From positions 25,168-89,167 of IMG/VR virus record IMGVR_UViG_3300043395_003089: 64,000 nt of DNA, one strand, 5' to 3'. Positions within the stretch are counted from its first letter, which is position 1; every line of letters starts with the position of its first letter. This DNA is from a virus. The notes under the pieces were generated by a model. That model had not been told where the DNA came from and searched no databases. It worked only from the letters and a program-made list of their open reading frames with translations. Below, one piece after another: positions 56,762 to 64,000 of this stretch. The position numbers and the translations under genes were made by a program.

Positions 56762-58927
56762 CTACGCGCGACGCGGCTGAGAGCCGTTGGGCTTTTTGGC
56801 GACCGGAAGCGGGATCACTGCGGGCGGCGTGGCGGCTTCGTCGGCGTTGTCGTCGCCGTCGCCGCTGGCCTCGCTGGTGTCGTCGGCGTCGTCATCGGCG
56901 TCGTCGTCGTCGTTGTCGACGCCTTGGCTCTGATCCATCTCGCCACCACCGTCATCGTCCGGGTCCTGTCCCGAGGCGATGCGCGCTTGACGGATGATCA
57001 TCTGTGTCAGCTCGTCGCGGTATTGCTGCGTGACGATCGGATCGGGCACGAGCACGTCGACGAAATCGGCGAAGCGATCTTGGAACAACAGGTTCATCAA
57101 GATCGGGATCTCGATCTGACGCTGCACGACCATCCCGACGGCTTGGATCACGACGCCCGCTGCGTACTCGGGCGACCACCCGAACGGGTTGCCGTTCTTG
57201 TCGAGCTTGCCCTCACGGATCGACTCGATGAACTTGTTCGCTTGCGTACGTAGCTCCTGCACTTGCGGCAGGATCGGACCGAACCACTCCTGGTCGGTCT
57301 TGCCGAGGCGCCGATCGTTCGACACGGGTGCTGTCTCGGCTGCGGCCTCGGGCTTCGCCTTTTTCTTGGCCTGTGGCTTGGCCTGCGGTTGCGGCTTGGG
57401 CTGTTCCGGCTGCGGCTGCGGCTGCGGATTGCCGAGCCCCGCGCTCTGCATGTTCGGTTGCGCCGGCTGCGCTTGCTGTTGCTGCTGTTGCGCCGCGACG
57501 ACAGTTTGTGCGTATGCGCGAGCCTGCGCCTCGGCAACTGCGACTTGGCTGTGCGCCGCGAGCTGCGCTTCCATCTGCTTGCCGCCGAGGTAGCGCTCGG
57601 CGAGCGAGCCGACGCGATCGATGCCACTGCCGACGAGCTCGACGACGCCATTCGAGCCCGGCTGCATCTGCAACAGGTTCTCGGTGACCTTCTGTTGGGT
57701 CTCGATCACCTTGCCGAAGAAATTCGTGACGCGCTCGGTGGCGTGATCGACGGCGCCAGACGACTCCTTGGCCATCGCCATGATGTCGCGTGGATTCATC
57801 ATGTACGCTTGGAGCGACTGCATCTGCGCTGTCTGGTTGCGTGACAGCTCCTTCGCCAGCTCCATCTGCTCGCGCTGGCTGTTCTGCATCATCATGAGCA
57901 TCTGATCGGGCGCCTTGTTGGCGTTCATCGCCGCGATCGTCTGCTCGAACTGGCGCTGCATCATCTCGGCCTGACGCTTGGCCTCGTCGGCTTGTCGCCG
58001 CATCTCCTCGCGGAGCATCGTGTCGCGACGCTCGGCCTCGCGCTCTTGGCGCTCGCGATCGGCCTTCGCGTTGGCCTCGGCGATCTGGAGGCGCATCGCT
58101 TCGAGCTCGGGCGACGGGCCGCGCGGCGCCGTCGCAGCCTCTTTGATCGTCGACGCGAGCCCGGCGACCATGTTGCGCAGCTCGTTGAGCTGTGCGGCCT
58201 GCGCGTTGATGCGCGCGTCGTTTGCTTGGCGCTCGCGTTCGAGCGCGGCAGCGTGTTGCTGCGCGATCGCCTCGCGCTGCATCTTCTCTTTCTCTTCACG
58301 CTCGCGACGCAGCTCGGCCTCGCGTTCGCGATCACGCGTCTCGCGCTCGCGGCGCTCGACTTCGGCCTTGTAGGCTTCCCACTGATAGGTTCCCGGCATC
58401 GGCGGGTTGGGCAGCGGCGGCGATTGAAAGTACGGCTGCTGCTGGAAGTACGGTTGCTGCGGATAGGCCTGCCCTTGCGGGAGGCCATGTGGGAAGACGG
58501 GAGGCGCCATGCGGTATTGACCTTGCTGTGGTTGGGGTGGAGCGATGATCGTGGGGGGTGGAGGCGGCGGCTGTACAGCCGCGGCAGCCGCGGCGTCGAT
58601 CATGGTGGGAGGCAGCTTCTCCGGGTACGTCTTCACGTCCCAGAACGGCGACCACGTCATCGTCTGCGGCGTCGGCGACGAGTCGGTGATCGAGATCTCG
58701 TAGAGCCCGCCACCGGTCCACTCGTTGACGAGCCACTGTTCGAGGCCTCGAACGTCTTCGACGGCCCATCCGGTGCCGCTCGGGGCGCCGTCGTCGCCCT
58801 CGGGTAGCGGAATCGGGGTGCGTTGGTTCCCGCGGATCTTTTCGACGCGGACATTGAAGGGGGCGGTCATCGCCGCGAGCTTGGCTTCGTCGTAGCGCTT
58901 GGGCTTGTTGTCCAGTGGTCGTGCCAT
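56762..58927 (-). CDS. large Pro/Gln-rich coiled-coil protein with acidic tail
   Basis: 721-aa ORF; E/R/Q heptad region; D-rich C-terminus. Confidence 0.8.
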   Translation of the reverse strand: MARPLDNKPKRYDEAKLAAMTAPFNVRVEKIRGNQRTPIPLPEGDDGAPSGTGWAVEDVRGLEQWLVNEWTGGGLYEISITDSSPTPQTMTWSPFWDVKTYPEKLPPTMIDAAAAAAVQPPPPPPTIIAPPQPQQGQYRMAPPVFPHGLPQGQAYPQQPYFQQQPYFQSPPLPNPPMPGTYQWEAYKAEVERRERETRDREREAELRREREEKEKMQREAIAQQHAAALERERQANDARINAQAAQLNELRNMVAGLASTIKEAATAPRGPSPELEAMRLQIAEANAKADRERQEREAERRDTMLREEMRRQADEAKRQAEMMQRQFEQTIAAMNANKAPDQMLMMMQNSQREQMELAKELSRNQTAQMQSLQAYMMNPRDIMAMAKESSGAVDHATERVTNFFGKVIETQQKVTENLLQMQPGSNGVVELVGSGIDRVGSLAERYLGGKQMEAQLAAHSQVAVAEAQARAYAQTVVAAQQQQQQAQPAQPNMQSAGLGNPQPQPQPEQPKPQPQAKPQAKKKAKPEAAAETAPVSNDRRLGKTDQEWFGPILPQVQELRTQANKFIESIREGKLDKNGNPFGWSPEYAAGVVIQAVGMVVQRQIEIPILMNLLFQDRFADFVDVLVPDPIVTQQYRDELTQMIIRQARIASGQDPDDDGGGEMDQSQGVDNDDDDADDDADDTSEASGDGDDNADEAATPPAVIPLPVAKKPNGSQPRRA

Positions 58928-59000
58928 CGCAAGGCAGTATGTCGATTTGCTTATTCGTCGTCAAATTGACCGTAAAACAAATCACGAGTACATAGGACGC

Positions 59001-59528
59001 ATGGCTGACAGCGGCGGAAACAAGCCCAAGATCTTCGTTCCCCAAGACCGCATCTTCGAGCGCACGCAAGGGTGCTGGAACTGCGTTCACAAGTCCGATC
59101 CCAAGGAGTGGTGGAATGAACAGCGCCAGAAGGATCTCAAGCGAGCGCTCGACGTCTCGCTCGCGTCGAAGCTCGGTGAAAACCACCCGAAGTGCATGAA
59201 CATCAAGGCAATGGTCGACAAGATCGACCACTTGATCGCCGCCAAGGCGCTCGTGCGCTGTGGGTCGGGCTTGGTGCGCCCCGGGCGTACCGCTGATGGG
59301 AAGCCAGTTGGGGACCTGATCGCACCGAACTACTTGTGCAATCGCTGGTCGGGCGCGCAGGGCGCCTCGATCGCTCGCGCCGGCCAAGCCCCGGATCCGC
59401 TGCCCGAGGAGCTCGCCGACAAGATCGGCAACGCGCTGCCCGACCCCGAGCACGTCGCGAAACAGGTCAAGGACTATGAGGCCGCGACGGGTCTGGTGGC
59501 CGTCGCGAACGACGAGGAGTCGAACTAG
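59001..59528 (+). CDS. hypothetical protein
   Basis: AGGA SD; CWNC. Confidence 0.7.
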   Translation: MADSGGNKPKIFVPQDRIFERTQGCWNCVHKSDPKEWWNEQRQKDLKRALDVSLASKLGENHPKCMNIKAMVDKIDHLIAAKALVRCGSGLVRPGRTADGKPVGDLIAPNYLCNRWSGAQGASIARAGQAPDPLPEELADKIGNALPDPEHVAKQVKDYEAATGLVAVANDEESN

Positions 59529-59746
59529 TGGCGGGCGCGCACAAGATCAACGTCGAGCTCGAAGTCGCCGATATCGAGCTGCTCGTCTCGGCGCTGCGGC
59601 TCGCCGGCTCAACGAGAACCCTCGGGCGCAGGCTCGGCGAGGCGATCGTGCCCAAGCTCATGCCGCAGCTCGCGCCGCCGACGCCAAAGGCCGACGAACG
59701 CGAGAAACTGTTGCTCGACAAGCTGCTCAACATCCTCGGGCACTAG
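59528..59746 (+). CDS. hypothetical protein
   Basis: TAGTG coupling. Confidence 0.55.
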   Translation: MAGAHKINVELEVADIELLVSALRLAGSTRTLGRRLGEAIVPKLMPQLAPPTPKADEREKLLLDKLLNILGH

Positions 59747-59776
59747 CTGGCAGAGCAGCGCGCTAGGATGCGCGCC

Positions 59777-60244
59777 ATGCGACCAACATCCAAGCCGTGC
59801 TGCAAATGCAAGCGCGTGCTTCCGTTGGAAGCCTTTTACGTATACGCCAGAGGACGTCTAGGACGCGCGTCTAGATGCAAGAGTTGCCAAAAGGCGTACT
59901 ACGCGAAGCGATGGAAACGGCATCGCAAACGTCTCGCTCCGAAATTGGTTGCGTGGAAGAAAGCGAATCCGACAAAGGTTCGTGCGATCTGGCTTCGTCG
60001 TTATGGGCTAGATGCAGCCGCGTATGATGCGCTACTCGTCGCTCAGGATGGGCGCTGCGCGCTCTGCTCCGGGGCTTTCGACTCGACGAGCAAGCTCGAC
60101 AAACCCTGCATCGATCATGATCATGCTAGTGGCGTCGTACGTGGAGTTGTGCATGGCCGCTGCAATTTGATTTTGGGAATGGCCCAAGAGCGCCCATCGA
60201 TTCTCGACGACGCCGCGGCATATTTACGGAGGCACGGCAAGTGA
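59777..60244 (+). CDS. recombination endonuclease VII-like (His-Me) nuclease
   Basis: YGL...Y..L..Q.G.CALC...IDHDH.SG.VRG..H..CN..LG. Confidence 0.88.
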   Translation: MRPTSKPCCKCKRVLPLEAFYVYARGRLGRASRCKSCQKAYYAKRWKRHRKRLAPKLVAWKKANPTKVRAIWLRRYGLDAAAYDALLVAQDGRCALCSGAFDSTSKLDKPCIDHDHASGVVRGVVHGRCNLILGMAQERPSILDDAAAYLRRHGK

Positions 60245-60597
60245 TCACGACACTCCTGGTTTTTGGTTTGCTCTCAACGGCGCTGTTCTATCTAGGCAGT
60301 AGAGCACTCATCACACGCTGGTTGTGGTCACGCTACCCGTTACCACTGGCGCGCTGGGCCGATTGTCCGTCCTGCTCTGGTTTTTGGTACGGCGTGTTCT
60401 TGTCGCTCGTCATAGGCGATCTGTTCTCGCCGCTCCTAGAACTAGGAGTACAAGCACCGGTAGCTGCACAAGTTGGACTTGAAGCTTTTCTCGTCGGCCT
60501 GACGATGCTCGTCTTGACGCCGCTCGGTGCTGGTCTCATGCAACACGCTCTCAACGTCGTCGGCTCGGCCGTCGACACAGACTCCAACGAAGGATAG
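60241..60597 (+). CDS. DUF1360-like membrane protein
   Basis: CPSCSGFW between TM segments. Confidence 0.6.
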   Translation: MITTLLVFGLLSTALFYLGSRALITRWLWSRYPLPLARWADCPSCSGFWYGVFLSLVIGDLFSPLLELGVQAPVAAQVGLEAFLVGLTMLVLTPLGAGLMQHALNVVGSAVDTDSNEG

Positions 60598-60600
60598 GAA

Positions 60601-60981
60601 ATGCCCGCCAAGATCGAGATGTCGCTCGACGAGTACAAGGCCGTCGAGAACGAGCGCGATACCGCGCTCAAGGAAGTAGCGCGGCTACGCGCCGAGTTGA
60701 TCGACGCCAAGCTCAACGTCGTCGTCGAGGGTAGCGATACCAACGTGCGCAAGCTGGTCACGCTCACGCGAGCGCTACTCGACGTCACGCGGTTCGCCGT
60801 CGGGCAGTTGCCGCCCGAGACGCACAAGGGCTGGCCGTTCGCGGCGCTCAAGACGGCAAGCGATCTGTTGCCGGTGCTACCCGATCACACCGTCGACGAC
60901 ATCTCGATCGCGAACGAGTTTCGCTCGTTCGTGAAAGAGGGCGAGCGCGTCGAGCGCGTTCGCGAGGAGAAGACATTGTGA
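60601..60981 (+). CDS. hypothetical protein
   Basis: Natural ORF in operon. Confidence 0.65.
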   Translation: MPAKIEMSLDEYKAVENERDTALKEVARLRAELIDAKLNVVVEGSDTNVRKLVTLTRALLDVTRFAVGQLPPETHKGWPFAALKTASDLLPVLPDHTVDDISIANEFRSFVKEGERVERVREEKTL

Positions 60982-61205
60982 ATGTACCTATCGAGCTTGC
61001 CAGCAAGCTGATCGGCCCTGTCGCGGTGATCCGCACGGCTTTGGACCTGCATGACGATGGTGTTGTACTCGGCGAGCAAAGCATCGCCGAGATCAGGCGG
61101 CTCCTCGACATGATCCAAACGATGAGGAAGCCATATCCCGGCGTCGAGCTGCCGCAGTCGATCAACGCGACCATCGAGCGCGCTACCAAGTTGGTGGCGT
61201 CGTGA
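60978..61205 (+). CDS. hypothetical protein
   Basis: GTGA coupling. Confidence 0.55.
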   Translation: MNVPIELASKLIGPVAVIRTALDLHDDGVVLGEQSIAEIRRLLDMIQTMRKPYPGVELPQSINATIERATKLVAS

Positions 61206-61528
61206 AGTGGACCCCGTTGCTTGCCTACTTCGTCGAGCGCAAGCGGCCCGTGCAGATCGGCCTGTTGACGGTTCCTGATGGCGCCCCACGCGGCATCGTC
61301 GAGGAGTTTCCCGTCGAGGGTTTCTTCGCGATCGAAGCAACGATGCACGCGACGAGCAACGCGACCGGCGAAGTCGTTGCGAAGGGCGCCACCAAGCTGA
61401 TCTTCCACGTCGATGACGTTGGCTGGTTGATGCCGATCCCACCGGAGTTACTCTCGGTCGCCGAGCAAGCTACGCAGGGCTCGGCGTTGACACCAGAAGA
61501 ACGCAAGGCGCTCGGCCTCGACGAGTGA
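61202..61528 (+). CDS. hypothetical protein
   Basis: GTGA coupling. Confidence 0.6.
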   Translation: MKWTPLLAYFVERKRPVQIGLLTVPDGAPRGIVEEFPVEGFFAIEATMHATSNATGEVVAKGATKLIFHVDDVGWLMPIPPELLSVAEQATQGSALTPEERKALGLDE

Positions 61529-61608
61529 CGAGTTTGATCGGCGCCGCATGATCGAGTAAAACTAGGATCACGATCGCCGCTGTAATCGACGCCAGCGACG
61601 CCGATCCA

Positions 61609-61642
61609 GGCGCCCGATACGAGCCCCCTTGTATCGGGCGCC
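61609..61642 (+). terminator. strong hairpin after 59001-61528 operon
   Basis: GGCGCCCGATACGAG-cccc-CTTGTATCGGGCGCC; no clear U-tract. Confidence 0.5.
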
Positions 61643-61687
61643 CCTCGACATTTCCAATCGCGCCGGGTTTGTTCTAAGCTCGGTCGG

Positions 61688-61981
61688 GTGAACGTCCCCA
61701 ACGTCGCCCCCAACATGCCTCACGTGCTGCCCGGCATGCCGAACGCAGCCCCCAACGCGCCCGTTGCGATGCCGTCGCAGCAAGCCGGCCAAGTGCAGCT
61801 CGGCTGCATGGGCTGCGGTCAGAAGGGCCTCGGCTCATACTGGGAGCGTGTGCCGTTGTGGGCCAAGATCGCTGTGCCGATCGGTGTGATCACCGCGGTC
61901 ATCGTGATCGCCGTCGCCGTCACGAATCGGCGCCGCGTACTGCCCTACGAGGCCTTCGCCGAGGAAGAGATCGACTACTAG
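61688..61981 (+). CDS. membrane-anchored virion protein
   Basis: QLGCMGCGQKGLGS then TM + RRR. Confidence 0.65.
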   Translation: MNVPNVAPNMPHVLPGMPNAAPNAPVAMPSQQAGQVQLGCMGCGQKGLGSYWERVPLWAKIAVPIGVITAVIVIAVAVTNRRRVLPYEAFAEEEIDY

Positions 61982-62817
61982 CCCTCGGCCGGGTCATCGG
62001 TCGCCCATCCGGGCGGCACGTCGTCTGGGTCGAGCTTGAAGGCCTTTCGAGGCGGCGCCGCGGGTTGCTCCGGGGCCGTGTGCACAGCTGGCGGTGGCGG
62101 CTTGGCGAGCACTTCCTCGCGCTTCGGGAGCCGCTTGCTGAATGTCGGCTCGATGGTGCACGAGCCCGGCCCGAAAATCACGTCGTAGGTACCCGAGATC
62201 ACTGCATGACGCTTGATCTCCGCGATCAGCTCCTCGTCGGTCTTGTCAGCGGCACCCCACTGGACCGTATCCTTGCGCCAGCGCTCCATTTCTGCGGCGA
62301 GCTCGCCATACGCGAGGTTATTCGCTCGGTGGTACATGTATCGTCTGTGCGCGGCTTCCTCGGGGCTCTGATACGTTCCGATGACGATCGTTTTCCCGGA
62401 GATATCGCGTCCCATTGCCCGGAACCCCTGCCCGTTGGCGTAAACACCTTCGTAACCACTCTTAAGCTTTGGGTTCTTGTGGAGCACGTCTAGATCGATC
62501 GCGGAGGTTGCCGTGCTCGGGATCGCGCCGAAGTTTCCACCCTTGAGCGTGGCGATGGCCTTAGCGAACGCGCGGTCAGGTAGCCAGTCGGCGTCGCCGC
62601 CCACAAGCAGGTCGTCGACGTGTCGCATGAGCATCGCGAGCCCGATTTGGGATGCTTGATCATCCGAGTTGATTCGGATGAGTGAACCGAAAGTCCTGGC
62701 CGCTTGCTGCCCCACAGCATTCAGTAGGGCCCAAAGCTCTGGGGACAGGGTTATCTTTGCGTGGTATCTACCGTGTTCGTCACGGAATGTCGCCGGTCGC
62801 CTCGCCATGGGGTACAT
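61978..62817 (-). CDS. putative DNA-binding protein with AP2-like domain
   Basis: SGYEGVY...FRA...IGTY.SPEEAA. Confidence 0.65.
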   Translation of the reverse strand: MYPMARRPATFRDEHGRYHAKITLSPELWALLNAVGQQAARTFGSLIRINSDDQASQIGLAMLMRHVDDLLVGGDADWLPDRAFAKAIATLKGGNFGAIPSTATSAIDLDVLHKNPKLKSGYEGVYANGQGFRAMGRDISGKTIVIGTYQSPEEAAHRRYMYHRANNLAYGELAAEMERWRKDTVQWGAADKTDEELIAEIKRHAVISGTYDVIFGPGSCTIEPTFSKRLPKREEVLAKPPPPAVHTAPEQPAAPPRKAFKLDPDDVPPGWATDDPAEG

Positions 62818-62978
62818 TTAGCCCATAATTCGGACGTCTCGCAACCGAGCTAGAGAGGGATCGGTATGGGATCCGTCACAGTCACGTCTGAGCCGAACTG
62901 GATTCTGGCGTTCGTTCGAGCTCGGATCCGTGATCCTTGAAGCGTAACTATTCGATCTTGTTCTTGACCTAAAAAGCG

Positions 62979-63113
62979 TTTTATGCTCCCATCGTTTTTT
63001 CGATCTCTACTAATTCGTTAGAGACGACCAAAATAATATTAGAAATAAGAGAGAATTATTTTGATCGTTCTAAACGAATTGGCGCGTTCCGAAAAAACGA
63101 TGGGAGCATAAAA
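62979..63113. repeat. AT-rich 135-bp imperfect palindrome with perfect 24-bp outer arms
   Basis: TTTTATGCTCCCATCGTTTTTTCG (62979-63002) / CGAAAAAACGATGGGAGCATAAAA (63090-63113). Confidence 0.9.
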
Positions 63114-63125
63114 AGGATTTTGTGT

Positions 63126-63782
63126 ATGGGTAGAAAGCGCAACGAAGAAATCCCGCAACATCCAACAGTTGGCCGCGAAGTCGTCGTCTTCACGAAGTAC
63201 GGCGCCGATCGCTACGGCGTCACCGTGACGTGCCCGCAGTGCCAAGCTGTGAGGGTCAAGGCCCTGACGGAGATTCGCGCGGCGGTCGCACGCGGCGGCT
63301 TTACGGGGCGCTGCCTGTTCTGTGCCGATCCCAAGCCTAGGGGCCATCTCGGGCTGGGGCGCTTTCGGCTCCCCGATGGTTTCATCGCGATCGATGAACG
63401 CGGGATCGTCGATGGCGCCGAGCTCGCGCTCCATCGGCGGATCCGCGGCTGGCCGGCGACCGGCCCAGCATGGATCGTTGAGCAGCATTGGCTCATGGCC
63501 AAGTTGCTCGGGCGCCCGCTGCACAAATACGAGCGCGTCGTGCATCGCAACGGCCGGCGCGACGACAACCGGCTCGAAAACTTGGAGCTGGTGATCGTCT
63601 ACCCGGACGGCAGAACGCGCCCGGTGTTGGAGGCCCTCACCAGCGCTCGAAGCCTGATCGAGCGCTACGAGGCCGAGGAGCAGCTCCTACGTGAAGCTCA
63701 AGAGTCGCGGCCCCAAGAGGCCGACTTGAGCGGTCCGTCGACGGCGGCGAGCACCTCATCGAATGTGAGCCCGGCCGAGTAG
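63126..63782 (+). CDS. HNH endonuclease
   Basis: EQHWLM...LGRPL..YE.VVHRNG.RDDNRLENLEL. Confidence 0.8.
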   Translation: MGRKRNEEIPQHPTVGREVVVFTKYGADRYGVTVTCPQCQAVRVKALTEIRAAVARGGFTGRCLFCADPKPRGHLGLGRFRLPDGFIAIDERGIVDGAELALHRRIRGWPATGPAWIVEQHWLMAKLLGRPLHKYERVVHRNGRRDDNRLENLELVIVYPDGRTRPVLEALTSARSLIERYEAEEQLLREAQESRPQEADLSGPSTAASTSSNVSPAE

Positions 63783-64000
63783 TCGGTGTCGTCGTGCCGA
63801 CCGGCGAGAACGCCGTAGTTCTGGTGGTCGCTGAATGCGTTGGGCCCGAAACGAAACCCGTGGCCACCCTGGAATTGCTGGGGCCCATGCCCCGAGATCG
63901 TGCGCGAGCGCATCACGCGCCGCCCGTTGCAGAGCAACACGTATTCGTTCGGCTTGGCACCGTCGGTGTAGCCCTGGCCGTACGGCTGCGCGTAGACCGT
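63698..64000 (-). CDS. hypothetical protein (5' end outside window)
   Basis: Frame open from 64000 to stop at 63698. Confidence 0.5.
   Translation of the reverse strand, partial: TVYAQPYGQGYTDGAKPNEYVLLCNGRRVMRSRTISGHGPQQFQGGHGFRFGPNAFSDHQNYGVLAGRHDDTDYSAGLTFDEVLAAVDGPLKSASWGRDS

Noticed and set aside
1305-59769. Dispersed ~22-bp repeat as a CRISPR array or sigma54 promoter
   Set aside because: Copies are kilobases apart with no spacer periodicity or cas genes; TGGCA is not followed by the -12 TTGC at sigma54 spacing

Overview
GC-rich, gene-dense 64-kb fragment of a large bacterial virus or provirus; no host housekeeping, rRNA, tRNA or CRISPR features are visible. It carries replication and nucleic-acid genes (SF1/UvrD helicase, two DNA methyltransferases, tyrosine recombinase, MazG-like, Endo VII/HNH nucleases), a long leftward run of small early-type genes (11.8-24.0 kb), and a lysis/spike/glycosylation block (25-37 kb). 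It also has many predicted virion genes. No terminase, portal, tape measure or tail sheath is recognisable. Instead there are beta-rich capsid-like proteins (41835-42539, 40596-41093), about 20 small single-pass membrane proteins, several Lys/Arg/Cys-rich protamine-like proteins, a thioredoxin and a membrane-anchored transglutaminase-like Cys protease. The main signal is a recurrent (M/L/I/F)xG(L/S/P/I)G motif in predicted virion proteins. It matches the adenovirus protease consensus (M/L/I)xGx|G and divides a 959-aa protein into repeated domains. My inference is a tailless, membrane-containing virus with Gly-directed proteolytic maturation. Two DNA motifs sit mostly 6-11 nt before start codons, consistent with leaderless promoters. 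There is also a CTCGGAT repeat array and a 135-bp AT-rich palindrome. All family calls come from reading motifs by eye; no database searches were run.
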